Shown here: one piece after another, positions 1 to 11,139 of the stretch | Layout: each line of letters opens with the position of its first letter | How positions within the stretch are numbered: position 1 is the first letter of the stretch | From: Escherichia coli | Lineage (GTDB): Bacteria; Pseudomonadota; Gammaproteobacteria; Enterobacterales; Enterobacteriaceae | Reading direction: 5' to 3' (one strand) | DNA: 32,000 bases | Assembly (NCBI RefSeq): GCF_050916125.1 | Contig: NZ_CP065821.1 | Translations under genes and position numbers: made by a program | Notes under the pieces: generated by a model | Told to the model about the DNA's origin: nothing | Seen by the model: only the letters and a program-made list of their open reading frames with translations | Databases searched by the model: none

Positions 1-481
1 CAGCAATCACCAGCGCAATAGAAACCGCGCCGAAGATCACCGACAGCGCCTTCGGCACCGTACGCGGCGGTACCAGACGCATGGTCAGCGACGCCGACAT
101 CGCCCAGAACCCGCCCAGCGCCAGCCCCAGACAGGCACGACCGATTAAAAGCAAACTGAATGAGTTAGCAAAGGAAACCAGCAAGCAGGAGAGCGTCAGC
201 AAAACGGCAAACAAAATAACAACGTAGCGGCGGTCAGTGGCCTGAATTGTCTGGGTAATAAACAAACTGGCAAACATTGCCACAAAGGCGGTCACGGTCA
301 CCGATTGCCCGGCAACCCCTTCCGAAATGCCTAAATCCTGGGCCATTGGCGTCAACAAACTGACAGGCAAAAACTCAACGATAATCAGACAGGCGACGCA
401 AAACGCCACCGAGAAAACGGCTGACCAGTTCGGTCGGGTGATGGCATCCGCGCCGCGGTTTTCGGCAATAAATTCACTCAT
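1..481 (-). CDS. nepI: Purine ribonucleoside efflux pump NepI, MFS family (N-terminal part; gene continues off the left edge)
   Basis: Reverse strand reads [51 protein letters not shown]..., an MFS N-terminus; start CAT at 479-481; position next to yicN/adeQ. Confidence 0.93.
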   Translation of the reverse strand, partial: MSEFIAENRGADAITRPNWSAVFSVAFCVACLIIVEFLPVSLLTPMAQDLGISEGVAGQSVTVTAFVAMFASLFITQTIQATDRRYVVILFAVLLTLSCLLVSFANSFSLLLIGRACLGLALGGFWAMSASLTMRLVPPRTVPKALSVIFGAVSIALVIA

Positions 482-659
482 GGTGTTACCCGTGGCATGT
501 TTCAGGGGAAAAGCCGACCACTTTAACATTGAAATGTGTGACGCATTTAACGTTTTTGCAACTTTTACGGTGTTGTGGGAAAGTTCGAGGCTGCTCGAAG
601 AAATAAAAATCATAGGGCAAGGTGATATGTATTTTCGCGATTGTGTTGGGAACAAGGGA

Positions 660-688
660 TAAAGTATTGCACTTGGTGATATACTTTA
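660..688. promoter_or_regulatory. Candidate autoregulatory operator upstream of the toxin-antitoxin pair
   Basis: Perfect 8-bp inverted repeat taaagtat (660-667) / atacttta (681-688), 13-nt spacer, ending 19 nt before the ATG at 708. Confidence 0.45.
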
Positions 689-707
689 ATAACAGGACCT
701 CAACGAT

Positions 708-1067
708 ATGCGCGTGTTTAAAACCAAATGGTTTGCAAGGGAAGCCAGGTCTCATGCAATAACAGATGAAGAGTTGTGCCGGGCCATTTTAGAAACGGAA
801 CAAGGTAAAGCTGATGCACTTGGCGGTGGCGTTTTTAAAAAGCGCCTTCACCAAAATCGTGAGCGTGCAATTATTCTGGCGAAAGGAGGAAGCAATTGGT
901 TTTACACGTTTTTATATGCAAAACAGGATATGTCGAACATCAATAGTCAGGAACTGGCTGGGTTTCGTGAAATTGCAAAGCATTATGCCTTCCTGACGAA
1001 AGCCCAACTAACAGCAATGATTAACACTAAAGAACTGACAGAGATCTGCTATGACTGCAAAAACTAA
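708..1067 (+). CDS. RelE/HigB-like type II toxin (119 aa)
   Basis: MRVFKTKWFAREARSHAITDEELCRAILE...GGVFKKRLHQNRERAIILAKGGSNWFYTFLYAKQDMSNINSQELAGFREIAKHYAFLT resembles the RelE-like (former DUF1044) toxin family; overlaps the HTH gene by 17 nt. Confidence 0.8.
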   Translation: MRVFKTKWFAREARSHAITDEELCRAILETEQGKADALGGGVFKKRLHQNRERAIILAKGGSNWFYTFLYAKQDMSNINSQELAGFREIAKHYAFLTKAQLTAMINTKELTEICYDCKN

Positions 1068-1374
1068 ATTTAAAAGTCCTGCATTTGAGGCTATTCACAG
1101 CGCAGCGGCTGGATTGTCCAGCGTCGATGCTATTTCTGCCGAAACGATGCGTACTTTTGACAAAGCCTGCCTGACCAGCGTGCAAGACTTACAACCTGTT
1201 GAGATAAAAGCACTGCGGGAAAAATTAAAAGTGAGTCAGCCCGTCTTCGCTCACTATCTCAATACCAGCGTTTCAACTGTACAAAAATGGGAAAGTGGCG
1301 CTAAACGCCCCAATGGCATTTCATTAAAACTGCTCAGCATTGTGCAAAAACACGGGCTGGAGGTGCTGCTGTAA
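1051..1374 (+). CDS. HTH (XRE/HigA-NadS type) antitoxin (107 aa)
   Basis: LREKLKVSQPVFAHYLNTSVSTVQKWESGAKRPNGISLKLLSIVQKHG is a clear helix-turn-helix; downstream of and overlapping the toxin. Confidence 0.85.
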   Translation: MTAKTKFKSPAFEAIHSAAAGLSSVDAISAETMRTFDKACLTSVQDLQPVEIKALREKLKVSQPVFAHYLNTSVSTVQKWESGAKRPNGISLKLLSIVQKHGLEVLL

Positions 1375-1415
1375 ATAGAACGTAGATAATGCATTCACCT
1401 ACTGTCAGTTCCAAT

Positions 1416-1481
1416 ACCGGATGCGGCGTGAACGCCTTATCCACCCTACAGGTCAGGCGCGGTCTGTAGGCTGATAAGACG
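1416..1481. repeat. REP/BIME-type repetitive extragenic palindrome
   Basis: accggatgcggcgtgaacgccttatccaccctaca followed by inverted-type tgtaggctgataagacg. Confidence 0.75.
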
Positions 1482-1489
1482 AAGCGGTT

Positions 1490-1942
1490 TTAATGCAGCC
1501 AGTGAACGCCCTCGGCAGGCTGAAAGAACGCGTTATAGCGCATCTGAAAAGCATTAATATCCTGCATTTCAGGTTCGGTTTCGCGCAGAAAACCCAGCGC
1601 CAGCCTGACCTGAGCATCAGTAATCGGCGCGGCAAGGCGGGCTTTTTGTAAAATCCGATGCCATTGCAGCAGATTCTGTTCGCTACCATCGACAATGACA
1701 ATTTGCCAGATGAGCAACACCTGCGCGGCGTTTTGCAGGTGCGACTCATCCGGACGATGCAAATAACGTAAAAATTCGTCACCGGCTGACTTTCCCATTT
1801 GATCGACCATCGACTCCACGGGTACGACATCGATATTCAGCCGATCGCTGAGACGGCGAATCGCTTTTCTGGCCCCGGATGTCAGCACCCGAAAACCAAC
1901 CACAAACACTACCGCCAGCGTGGCGAGCATTATCCAGATCAT
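1490..1942 (-). CDS. yicN: YicN, conserved protein of unknown function (150 aa; ORF can extend to 1969)
   Basis: MIWIMLATLAVVFVVGFRVLTSGARKAIRRLSDRLNIDV...; sequence and synteny. Confidence 0.85.
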   Translation of the reverse strand: MIWIMLATLAVVFVVGFRVLTSGARKAIRRLSDRLNIDVVPVESMVDQMGKSAGDEFLRYLHRPDESHLQNAAQVLLIWQIVIVDGSEQNLLQWHRILQKARLAAPITDAQVRLALGFLRETEPEMQDINAFQMRYNAFFQPAEGVHWLH

Positions 1943-1994
1943 GAGTTCTCCTGCGTAATCAGAACTCATGATATCTGGAAACCCTCGCCAGTTA

Positions 1995-3329
1995 CTAATC
2001 CACCAGAATAATCTTCAGTGCAAACAGAGCTGCGACCACCACCACACACAGGTTCAGATCGCGCCAGCGCCCGGTGCACACTTTCATGATGCAGTACGAC
2101 ATAAAGCCAAGTGCAATCCCTTCGGTAATCGAGAAAGTAAAGGGCATCATCACCGTGGTAATAAATGCGGGCACCGATTCGGTAAAATCATCCCAGTTAA
2201 CGCGCGCCAGGCTCGAAGTCATCAGCACGCCAACAAAGATTAACGCTCCGGCGGTTGCGTAAGGAGGAACCATCGCCACCAGCGGTGAGAAGAACATAAC
2301 CAACAGGAACATAACGCCGACCACAACCGCAGTCAGCCCCGTGCGACCACCGACTGCCACACCAGAAGTACTTTCAATATAGGCGGTAACAGACGAGGTG
2401 CCGATAAACGCGCCCGCCACCGAACTGACGCTATCAACATATAGCGTCTTATTCATATTGGGGAATTTACCGTTACTATCTATTAAGCCAGCTTTATCAG
2501 TTACACCAATTAATGTTCCTGATGAATCAAATAGGTTGATCAGCATAAAGGAGAAAATGATACCGGCGAGTTCAAGTGTTAACGCGCCGCTCAAATCTAC
2601 TTCACCAATGACGCCGCTAATATCAGGCGGAATGGAATAGATGCCGCTAAAATGAACATCACCGAAAAATAATCCACAGCAAGACGTCACCACAATAGAA
2701 ACCAGCACCGCGGCATGAAAATGACGTGATGACAACACGGTTATAATAAAAAACCCTAAAATACCTAACAACACGCCGTGAGAACTTAAATCGCCAATCA
2801 TCACCAGGGTGTCTTTATTGGCGACAATAACGCCAGTGTTTTTTAATCCCATTAAGGCAATAAATAATCCGATTCCGCTGGTGATGCCAATACGTAAACT
2901 TAATGGAATGTTGGAGATCATCCAGTAACGGATACGAAACAGCGTGAGCAAAAATAGCCCAATTGCGCCCCAGAATATCGCGCCCATCCCGGTCTGCCAA
3001 GAGATACCCATCGCCCCCACGACCACGAACGCAAAGAAGGCGTTCAGCCCCATTGCCGGAGCCAGCGCCACGGGTAAGTTAGCAAATATCCCCATCGCAA
3101 TACTGCCGATACCGGCAATCAAACAGGTGGTAACAAACACCACTTTCGGGTCCATTTGTGCCGCGCCGAGGATTTGCGGGTTCACAAAAACGATGTACAC
3201 CATGGTTAAAAAAGTGGTCATCCCCGCAATCAATTCTGTGCGGACGGTGGTCCCATGCTGAGGTAGTTTAAATAATCGCGAAAGCGTCCCTGATTCATTA
3301 CTCACGTAATCGGTATTGTCATTATTCAT
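1995..3329 (-). CDS. adeQ: Adenine permease AdeQ, NCS2/AzgA-type (444 aa from internal start MNNDNTDY)
   Basis: MNNDNTDYVSNESGTLSRLFKLPQHGTTVRTELIAGMTTFLTMVYIVFVNP; recognisable AzgA-like permease; the longer 470-aa ORF starts at 3407. Confidence 0.92.
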   Translation of the reverse strand: MNNDNTDYVSNESGTLSRLFKLPQHGTTVRTELIAGMTTFLTMVYIVFVNPQILGAAQMDPKVVFVTTCLIAGIGSIAMGIFANLPVALAPAMGLNAFFAFVVVGAMGISWQTGMGAIFWGAIGLFLLTLFRIRYWMISNIPLSLRIGITSGIGLFIALMGLKNTGVIVANKDTLVMIGDLSSHGVLLGILGFFIITVLSSRHFHAAVLVSIVVTSCCGLFFGDVHFSGIYSIPPDISGVIGEVDLSGALTLELAGIIFSFMLINLFDSSGTLIGVTDKAGLIDSNGKFPNMNKTLYVDSVSSVAGAFIGTSSVTAYIESTSGVAVGGRTGLTAVVVGVMFLLVMFFSPLVAMVPPYATAGALIFVGVLMTSSLARVNWDDFTESVPAFITTVMMPFTFSITEGIALGFMSYCIMKVCTGRWRDLNLCVVVVAALFALKIILVD

Positions 3330-3503
3330 TTTTTTGTCCATTGGAGGAGATTTAATCCCTTGCTTTTGTAAAACAAATGACAACAACGGTTCAGTGATAA
3401 TTATCACATTTCAATTGCACATTAATGGATATTCTTTAATAATCTCGCGACGTTTCTTTATGATAAATAATAATCAAATTGATAAAATCAAAATGAGAAA
3501 AAT

Positions 3504-5270
3504 ATGAATAATTCTATTAACCATAAATTTCATCACATTAGCCGGGCGGAATACCAGGAATTGTTAGCCGTTTCCCGTGGCGACGCTGTTGCCGATTATA
3601 TTATTGATAATGTCTCTATTCTCGACCTGATCAATGGCGGAGAAATTTCCGGCCCAATTGTGATTAAAGGACGTTACATTGCTGGTGTTGGCGCAGAATA
3701 CACTGATGCTCCGGCTTTGCAGCGGATTGATGCCCGCGGCGCAACGGCGGTGCCAGGGTTTATTGATGCTCACCTGCATATTGAATCCAGCATGATGACG
3801 CCGGTCACCTTTGAAACCGCTACCCTGCCGCGCGGCCTGACGACCGTTATTTGCGACCCTCATGAAATCGTCAACGTGATGGGCGAAGCCGGTTTCGCCT
3901 GGTTTGCCCGCTGTGCCGAACAGGCAAGGCAAAACCAATACTTGCAGGTCAGCTCTTGCGTACCCGCCCTGGAAGGCTGCGATGTTAACGGTGCCAGTTT
4001 TACCCTTGAACAGATGCTCGCCTGGCGGGACCATCCGCAGGTTACCGGCCTTGCAGAAATGATGGACTACCCTGGCGTAATTAGCGGGCAGAATGCGCTG
4101 CTCGATAAACTGGATGCATTTCGCCACCTGACGCTGGACGGTCACTGCCCGGGTTTGGGTGGTAAAGAACTTAACGCCTATATTGCTGCGGGTATTGAAA
4201 ACTGCCACGAAAGTTATCAGCTGGAAGAAGGACGCCGGAAATTACAACTCGGCATGTCGTTGATGATCCGCGAAGGGTCCGCTGCCCGCAATCTCAACGC
4301 ACTGGCACCGTTGATCAACGAATTTAACAGCCCGCAATGCATGCTCTGTACTGATGACCGTAACCCGTGGGAGATCGCCCATGAAGGACACATCGATGCC
4401 TTAATTCGCCGCCTGATCGAACAACACAATGTGCCGCTGCATGTGGCATATCGCGTCGCCAGCTGGTCGACGGCGCGCCACTTTGGTCTGAATCACCTCG
4501 GCTTACTGGCACCCGGTAAGCAGGCTGATATCGTCCTGTTGAGCGATGCGCGTAAGGTCACGGTGCAGCAGGTACTGGTGAAAGGCGAACCGATTGACGC
4601 GCAAACCTTACAGGCGGAAGAGTCGGCGAGACTGGCACAATCCGCTCCGCCATATGGCAACACCATTGCCCGCCAGCCAGTTTCCGCCAGCGACTTTGCC
4701 CTGCAATTTACGCCCGGAAAACGCTATCGGGTCATTGACGTCATCCATAACGAATTGATTACGCACTCCCGCTCCAGCGTCTACAGCGAAAATGGTTTTG
4801 ATCGCGATGATGTGTGCTTTATTGCCGTACTTGAGCGTTACGGGCAACGTCTGGCTCCGGCTTGTGGTTTGCTCGGCGGCTTTGGTCTGAATGAAGGCGC
4901 GCTGGCTGCGACGGTCAGCCATGACAGCCATAATATTGTGGTGATCGGTCGCAGTGCCGAAGAGATGGCGCTGGCGGTCAATCAGGTGATTCAGGATGGC
5001 GGCGGGCTGTGCGTGGTACGTAACGGACAGGTCCAAAGTCATCTACCGTTACCCATTGCCGGCCTGATGAGCACCGACACGGCGCAGTCACTGGCGGAGC
5101 AAATTGACGCCTTGAAAGCCGCCGCCCGTGAATGCGGTCCGTTACCGGATGAGCCGTTTATTCAGATGGCGTTTCTTTCCCTGCCAGTGATCCCCGCGCT
5201 GAAACTAACCAGTCAGGGGCTGTTTGATGGCGAGAAGTTTGCCTTCACCACGCTGGAAGTCACTGAATAA
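3504..5270 (+). CDS. ade: Adenine deaminase (588 aa)
   Basis: Amidohydrolase metal-binding motif [13 protein letters not shown] and family signature CDPHEIVNV; adjacent to adeQ. Confidence 0.95.
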   Translation: MNNSINHKFHHISRAEYQELLAVSRGDAVADYIIDNVSILDLINGGEISGPIVIKGRYIAGVGAEYTDAPALQRIDARGATAVPGFIDAHLHIESSMMTPVTFETATLPRGLTTVICDPHEIVNVMGEAGFAWFARCAEQARQNQYLQVSSCVPALEGCDVNGASFTLEQMLAWRDHPQVTGLAEMMDYPGVISGQNALLDKLDAFRHLTLDGHCPGLGGKELNAYIAAGIENCHESYQLEEGRRKLQLGMSLMIREGSAARNLNALAPLINEFNSPQCMLCTDDRNPWEIAHEGHIDALIRRLIEQHNVPLHVAYRVASWSTARHFGLNHLGLLAPGKQADIVLLSDARKVTVQQVLVKGEPIDAQTLQAEESARLAQSAPPYGNTIARQPVSASDFALQFTPGKRYRVIDVIHNELITHSRSSVYSENGFDRDDVCFIAVLERYGQRLAPACGLLGGFGLNEGALAATVSHDSHNIVVIGRSAEEMALAVNQVIQDGGGLCVVRNGQVQSHLPLPIAGLMSTDTAQSLAEQIDALKAAARECGPLPDEPFIQMAFLSLPVIPALKLTSQGLFDGEKFAFTTLEVTE

Positions 5271-5980
5271 TAAATAAATATCCTCCGGCATAGCCGGAGG
5301 TTTTTCAAATGCGCCTATAAGGCTCTCTTACCAGCCGCGCCCTAACAGGCGCACACGATCTGACATTTGCATCCAACTTCGTTACTTACGGCCCGTAAAC
5401 GGGCTGCCCGGATAGGGAATCGATAACTGCTCTCCCATTTTATCCTCTTCAAGCTGGTGCTTTATGTAATCCTGTATCTTCGCCGTGTTCTTACCCACCG
5501 TATCGACGTAGTACCCTCTGCACCAGAACTCCCTGTTCCTGTATTTGAATTTCAAATCACCAAACTGCTCGTAAAGCATCAGACTGCTTTTCCCTTTCAG
5601 ATATCCCATAAAGCCGGATACGCTCATTTTGGGCGGGATCTCCACAAGCATATGGATATGATCTGCACAGCATTCAGCTTCCAGAATCCGTACACTTTTC
5701 CACTCACACAGCTTTCTCAAAATACTGCCTATTGCTCTACGCTTCTCTCTGTAGAACACCTGTCTTCGGTATTTTGGCGCAAATACTATGTGATATTTAC
5801 AGTTCCATCGGGTGTGCGCTAAGCTCTTTTCGTTCCCCATTGGGACCCCCTTTTGATTTCTTGTTTGACACTTGCAGTTGCCAGACCGCAAGGTGTTTTA
5901 ACAAATCAAAAGGGGTTTTAATAACTGGCTTAAAGCTGAAAGCTTTCCGGAACCCCCAGCCTAGCTGGGGGTTTTCTGTG
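5270..5980 (-). mobile_element. IS200-type insertion sequence (IS200/IS605 family, tnpA only); ends approximate
   Basis: TnpA ORF inside, bracketed by subterminal hairpins cctccggcatagccggagg (5282-5300) and cccccagcctagctggggg (5953-5971). Exact boundaries not determined. Confidence 0.85.
5382..5840 (-). CDS. tnpA: IS200/IS605 family Y1 transposase TnpA (152 aa)
   Basis: MGNEKSLAHTRWNCKYHIVFAPKYRRQVFY...ECCADHIHMLVEIPPKMSVSGFMGYLKGKSSL...FWCRGYYVDTVGKN; HIH motif and catalytic-Tyr helix present. Confidence 0.95.
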   Translation of the reverse strand: MGNEKSLAHTRWNCKYHIVFAPKYRRQVFYREKRRAIGSILRKLCEWKSVRILEAECCADHIHMLVEIPPKMSVSGFMGYLKGKSSLMLYEQFGDLKFKYRNREFWCRGYYVDTVGKNTAKIQDYIKHQLEEDKMGEQLSIPYPGSPFTGRK

Positions 5981-5983
5981 CAC

Positions 5984-6009
5984 AAAAAAAGCCCGGCGTC
6001 ATGCCGGGC
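5984..6009 (-). terminator. Rho-independent terminator of uhpT
   Basis: gcccggcgtcatgccgggc hairpin (5991-6009) followed on the minus strand by a T run (5984-5990). Confidence 0.85.
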
Positions 6010-6027
6010 AAAAGTCACCAGTTACGT

Positions 6028-7419
6028 TTATGCCACTGTCAACTGCTGAATTTTTTTCTCGCGGCGGATTTTGCGTTCTTCCATCACCGCCACTATCGCC
6101 ATCAGGCAGATACAACCAATCGCGGCGATATCCAGCGCAGCGAAGGTGCCTGCCCAGCCGGTAAGGCCGAATACTGGCGTCCCATCGGCAATCATTCCCA
6201 GACCTAACTTGGCAAAGCTGTCGCCAATCAGGTAAGCAAAGGTGCCTTTAATACCATCGGCAGCGCCAATCGCTTTTTTAGGTACAAAGCCAACAGCAGC
6301 CACACCAATCAACAATTGCGGGCCAAAGACCAGGAAACCCAACGCAAAGAGAGAAGCCAGGTAGATATATTCGTTGCTGGCGTGTTGATACACACCGAGC
6401 GTGGCGATAATCAGCGCCAGCGCGATACAGGCCACCAGGCCACGGCGACCGTTCGCCAGGTCAGAGAGCCAGCCCCACAGCAGCGTACCGACCAGCGCGC
6501 CAGCTTCAAACAGCGTAAAGCCCTGAATCGCCACCGCTTTAGAGAGTTTCAGTTCCTGGAACGCGTACACAGTTGACCACTGGTCGATACCAATACGTAC
6601 CACATAGAGGAAAATGTTGGCGAAGCACAGCAGCCAGATCACTTTGTTTTTCAGCACATACTCAACAAAGATCTGCCACTTGGTCATATCGGTAGATTCT
6701 GTCTCTTTGTCCTCTTCGCTGATCTCCTCGCCGAACAGTTCTTCAGCTTTGCCGAGGCCATAAGATTCCGGGGAGTCGCTGCCGTAACGCAGGCCGATAA
6801 AACCGACAATCAGCGCGATAATCGACGGGAAGATAAACATGCCGATGACATGGCCATCGAACAGGTAATTTGCGCCGAACAGCGCTACACCTGCCGCGCC
6901 TGCACCGCCAAGGTTGTGAGAAATGTTCCAGAAACCGAGGAAGGTCCCGCGCTTACGACGCGGCGTCCATTTGGTGATGGTGGAGTAACTGCACGAACCG
7001 CCGGTGCTCTGGAAAAAGCCGCTTAAGGCGTAGAAGGCAATCATCAGGAACAGGCTAACCGAGCCGCTGCCCATACTGGCGCTGAAGCCCAGCATACAAA
7101 TGGCAGACAGGATCAGCATGAACGGCAGGAATTGTTTGGTGTTTTTGCCGTCGGCGTAGTAGGAAACCAGCGTTTTACCCACGCCATAAGTGATGGAGAA
7201 GCCCAGGCCGATCATCCCCAGCTGCGTCATGCTCAACCCGTAGGTCGAAATCATATCGTTCTGCGCGATGTTAAAGTTCTTGCGAATCAGGTACATCGTC
7301 AGGTAGCCGATAAAGACCACCAGGTAGGATTGCATGAACGGTTTGAACCACATTTTGCGCCGCACTTCGAGCGGAAGGTCCAGGGTCGGCTTGCGGACCT
7401 GGTTTAAGAAAGCCAGCAT
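6028..7419 (-). CDS. uhpT: Hexose-6-phosphate:phosphate antiporter UhpT (463 aa)
   Basis: [50 protein letters not shown]; OPA-family MFS; synteny with uhpC/B/A. Confidence 0.97.
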
Positions 7420-7494
7420 GGGTTACTCCTGAAATGAATACCTGCGTGAGGCATGCATTGTAAAAATCAGCAGCAAATCAGGCCTGAGATAGCG

Positions 7495-7511
7495 TCCAGG
7501 CAAAACCTGGA
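7495..7511. promoter_or_regulatory. Candidate UhpA-binding element in the uhpT promoter region
   Basis: tccagg-caaaa-cctgga perfect inverted repeat about 75-90 nt upstream of the uhpT start. Confidence 0.45.
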
Positions 7512-7556
7512 AAATTTCTTAGTTTTGCCGGATATGAAGTGAAAAGGTGAGATGCA

Positions 7557-8876
7557 TCACGCTTCGCGCGGTGCCTGGGCGTTCAAAAAGGGCAGTAACA
7601 GCAGTGCGGAAATCCCGGCGGCGATAGAGATAACCACAAAAAATCCGCTCCAGTGCCAGGTATCGAGTACTTTCGCCAGTGGCCAACCAGCAAGCGACGC
7701 CCCCAGATAAGCAAACAAGCCGACAAACCCCGTCGCCGCCCCTGCCGCCTCTTTGTGGGAACACTCTGCCGCCGCCATGCCGATTAACATCTGCGGGCCA
7801 AAGACAAAAAAACCAATAGTGAAGAAGCAGGTTGCCTGCATCACGTAGCTGGCAAATGGCATCAGCCACAGCGAGCCGACTGAAAGCAAAATTCCGGCGG
7901 CGAAAATCAAATTCATCGGCCCACGGTTGCCGTTAAACAATTTGTCCGAGCCCCAACCGGCTACCAGCGCACCGATAAATCCGCCCAGTTCAAACATCGT
8001 CACTGCCGTATTCGCCGTGACCAGATCGACGTCCAGCGTCTCGGACATATACAAATTGCCCCAGTCGTTGATTGCCGCCCGGACCACATAGACCAGCACA
8101 TAGCAAAACGAAAGCAGCCAGATATACGGATTCAGTAACACATACTTGGTGAGGATCTCTTTACGCGTCAGCCCTGCCCCTTCTTGTTGTTGAGCAATCT
8201 CCAGCGCGTCGTGCCGCCATTCACCGACCGCCGGTAAACCTAACGCCTGCGGGCGATCGCGCAGCCGCCAGCAGAGAAAAATCCCCACGACGATCGCCAT
8301 ACAACCAGCAATCATCATCCCGGCACGCCAGCCGTAATGTAGTGCAGCCGCTGCCATCACAATGGGAATGAGTGCGCCGCCGACGTTATGCGCCGTGTTC
8401 CATAATGCCCACCAACCGCCGCGCTCGGTACGAGAATACCAGGCGGTTAATAGACGCGCACACACCGGTGAACCCCAGCCCTGGAAAAAGGCGTTCAGCA
8501 CCCAGAGTACGGCAAACGCCCATAGCGACGTCGAGAAGCCAAACAGAATGTTGATAATGCCCGTGGCGATAAGCCCTATCCCCATAAAATAACGGGCATT
8601 TGAGCGATCGCTGACAATGCCGGAGACAAACTTCGACACGCCGTAAGTAATGTAAAACAGGGTCGCTAACAGGCCGATATCGCTACGGCTGAGCACGCCG
8701 TTAGCAAGGATTTCTGGTACGGCGGCGTTAAAACTTTTCCGCGTGAAGTAAAACAGCGCGTAACCCAGCCAGATGGTCAGCAGAATATGCCGACGCCAGT
8801 AGCGATAGCGTGCATCAATTTCATGTTTGTCAGTCATTAATGGCGCATCGGCAGGCGCTTTCAGAAACGGCAACAT
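7557..8876 (-). CDS. uhpC: UhpC, membrane sensor/regulatory MFS-like protein for glucose-6-phosphate (439 aa)
   Basis: MLPFLKAPADAPLMTDKHEIDARYRYWRRHILLTIWLGYALFYFTRKSFN; UhpT-like, sits in the uhp cluster. Confidence 0.95.
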   Translation of the reverse strand: MLPFLKAPADAPLMTDKHEIDARYRYWRRHILLTIWLGYALFYFTRKSFNAAVPEILANGVLSRSDIGLLATLFYITYGVSKFVSGIVSDRSNARYFMGIGLIATGIINILFGFSTSLWAFAVLWVLNAFFQGWGSPVCARLLTAWYSRTERGGWWALWNTAHNVGGALIPIVMAAAALHYGWRAGMMIAGCMAIVVGIFLCWRLRDRPQALGLPAVGEWRHDALEIAQQQEGAGLTRKEILTKYVLLNPYIWLLSFCYVLVYVVRAAINDWGNLYMSETLDVDLVTANTAVTMFELGGFIGALVAGWGSDKLFNGNRGPMNLIFAAGILLSVGSLWLMPFASYVMQATCFFTIGFFVFGPQMLIGMAAAECSHKEAAGAATGFVGLFAYLGASLAGWPLAKVLDTWHWSGFFVVISIAAGISALLLLPFLNAQAPREA

Positions 8877-8885
8877 CATCGAACC

Positions 8886-10388
8886 TTAGACATAACGTTG
8901 AGGTAGAGAAACGCTGACACGCGTGCCGTGCAGACAGGAAATGTGTAATGTGCCGCCCAGCGCCGTTACGCGCTCGCGCATTCCGGTGAGGCCAAAACCT
9001 TGTTGCCCGGAACCCGGCGGCAAACCGCTGCCATCGTCTTCAATCACCAGCATCAACCGTTCATCCTGCTGCCAGCCTTGCAGCGTAACCGCGCTGGCAT
9101 CGGCATGTTTCACAATGTTGTTCAGCCCTTCCTGGCAGACGCGAAACAGCGTCACGCGCTGGTTTTCGCTTAACGCTGACTCATCGATACGCCATTCGAG
9201 ATGGCTGACAATGCCGCGCCCTTCCAGCTCCATTTCCCGCATCAGTGAGCGGATGGCCTGCTCCAGGGTGAGATCATCCAGCTGGCGCGGACGTAACCGC
9301 CCTAACAAACGGCGCACCGCATCGTAAACACCCAGCGACAGTTGTTCGATGAGCTGCCCGCTCTGCTTCACGCTGGCGTTATCTGCCGCCAGTCGCTGGA
9401 CAATGCCCGCCTGAGTACGAATGGCAGTGATGGTCTGACCTATATCATCGTGCAGCTCACGCGCCACATCACGGCGCACGCTCTCTTCGGTTTCTAACAA
9501 ACGTTCAGCCAGATGCTGATTGCGCGCCAGTTCTTTTTGCAGCGACTGGTTAAGTTCACGCAACCGCTGGATGCCAGCGCCAAGCAACAACCCTGTCAGA
9601 CTTTGCACCAGCAGCGAGAGCAATAAGTCCACCGGATGATCGCGCCAGGTTTGACTGGCGATCAGCGCGATGGCGTTCATCAACGTCGCAATCAGCGCCC
9701 CTTGCCAACCATAGTGCCAGGCCAGCGCGATAATCGGCAGCGCCAGACAGAATGGCGTAAAGCGCGACAGTTCGGCCGGCAATCCCAACTGGAGCCAGAG
9801 ACTGATAACAAACAGCAGCAAGTACCAGACCAGATGTCGCCCGCGCCAGTTGATCGGTTGAGAAACTAACGACGGGCCGAGCGGCAGCCAGGTGTTATTG
9901 GCGAGATAGTGCCAGAACACCAGACATATAGGGGCCAGCGTCAGGCCGCCAGTTAAAGTCAGTAGTAGCGCATTCCACGACTCTTTGCCGTGCCAAAGCC
10001 AGGGCAGCGACTGCAACAACGCCGCCGCCGTCAGGGCCGCCCCCTGTAACAGCAAGGTGCGCCAGTCACGTTGATGGCGATAGCGCGAGATCAGCGCAAC
10101 GGGTAGTAACGTCAGTAAACTACCGATCATCAATAAGGAAAAATGGGTTAAACCGACCGCCTGCGTTAGCCAGTAAATCAGCAGCCACTCCGCGCCCAGC
10201 AGCACCGGCCAGTATCCGCGCGGGCATTGCAGCATTAGCCCCAGACGCAGACCAAACGGAAATAACAGCACCGCCATATCAGGGCGCTCAACCAGGTGCA
10301 GGCTGATACTCCACAAGCAAAACCATGCGGCAGAGAAGATAAAAAAGCAGGCAATAACGGTAATTAAGCGGGAGAACAACGTCTTCAT
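8886..10388 (-). CDS. uhpB: Sensor histidine kinase UhpB (500 aa)
   Basis: Phosphoacceptor region [28 protein letters not shown] and ATPase motif [26 protein letters not shown]. Confidence 0.96.
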   Translation of the reverse strand: MKTLFSRLITVIACFFIFSAAWFCLWSISLHLVERPDMAVLLFPFGLRLGLMLQCPRGYWPVLLGAEWLLIYWLTQAVGLTHFSLLMIGSLLTLLPVALISRYRHQRDWRTLLLQGAALTAAALLQSLPWLWHGKESWNALLLTLTGGLTLAPICLVFWHYLANNTWLPLGPSLVSQPINWRGRHLVWYLLLFVISLWLQLGLPAELSRFTPFCLALPIIALAWHYGWQGALIATLMNAIALIASQTWRDHPVDLLLSLLVQSLTGLLLGAGIQRLRELNQSLQKELARNQHLAERLLETEESVRRDVARELHDDIGQTITAIRTQAGIVQRLAADNASVKQSGQLIEQLSLGVYDAVRRLLGRLRPRQLDDLTLEQAIRSLMREMELEGRGIVSHLEWRIDESALSENQRVTLFRVCQEGLNNIVKHADASAVTLQGWQQDERLMLVIEDDGSGLPPGSGQQGFGLTGMRERVTALGGTLHISCLHGTRVSVSLPQRYV

Positions 10389-10978
10389 CACCAGCCATCA
10401 AACATGCGGCGCGCCAGTTCAACGTCGTTACTGACACCCAGTTTTTCCATCAGGTTGGCACGATGTACATGCACAGTTTTTGGCGACAAACCTAGTTCGG
10501 CGGCAATCTCTTTCACCGCCATTCCTTGCGCCAGTTTTTCCGCCACCTGGCGTTCACGTTTGGTTAGCGGGTCCTGGCGACCGGATGCCAGTTTAATGGC
10601 AATATCCGGCGTCAGATAACAGCCGCCCGTGGCAACCGTATGCACCGCAGAAATCAGTTCATCCGGGCTACAGCGTTTGGAGAGAAAGCCGCGCGCCCCC
10701 GCGTTAAGCGCCTGCTCAACCAGCGCCGGACTGTCATGAACGGAGAGCATAATCGTCGCCATACCTTTCGGCAGCTGGCTTAGCAGCTCCAGACCGGAGA
10801 TATCGGGCATGGAGATATCGCAAATACACACCTGCACACCGCGCCCCGGCAGCCCCGCCAGCGCCTCGCGCCCCGAACCAAACTCGGCAACTACTTGCAA
10901 ATCAGGTTCCAGCCCCAGCAACTGCGCAAAGCCGGAGCGGACGATAAGGTGATCGTCTATAAGGGCAACGGTGATCAT
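10388..10978 (-). CDS. uhpA: Response regulator UhpA, NarL/LuxR type (196 aa)
   Basis: [27 protein letters not shown] receiver plus [48 protein letters not shown]; stop overlaps the uhpB start (ATGA). Confidence 0.96.
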   Translation of the reverse strand: MITVALIDDHLIVRSGFAQLLGLEPDLQVVAEFGSGREALAGLPGRGVQVCICDISMPDISGLELLSQLPKGMATIMLSVHDSPALVEQALNAGARGFLSKRCSPDELISAVHTVATGGCYLTPDIAIKLASGRQDPLTKRERQVAEKLAQGMAVKEIAAELGLSPKTVHVHRANLMEKLGVSNDVELARRMFDGW

Positions 10979-11139
10979 GATTGGGTCCTGGCGGATAAAA
11001 AACGCGCATACCTTAACGATAAGCGCGATGTTGTTCAAGTTGGATATGGGGTATGTATTGGCTTAATGATGTTGGTCTTATCGTCAAAACGCTTACCTGA
11101 AAGGTAAGCGTTTGGTACGTGTTATTGCGAAAAAGCGAA

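Noticed and set aside
327-755. ORFs 327..662 (+) and 486..755 (-) around the nepI start
   Set aside because: The first is largely antisense to nepI; both are short, lack domain similarity and span promoter regions.
7557-8876. UhpC as a duplicated transporter of novel function
   Set aside because: Its similarity to UhpT and position with uhpB/uhpA match the known glucose-6-phosphate sensory system.
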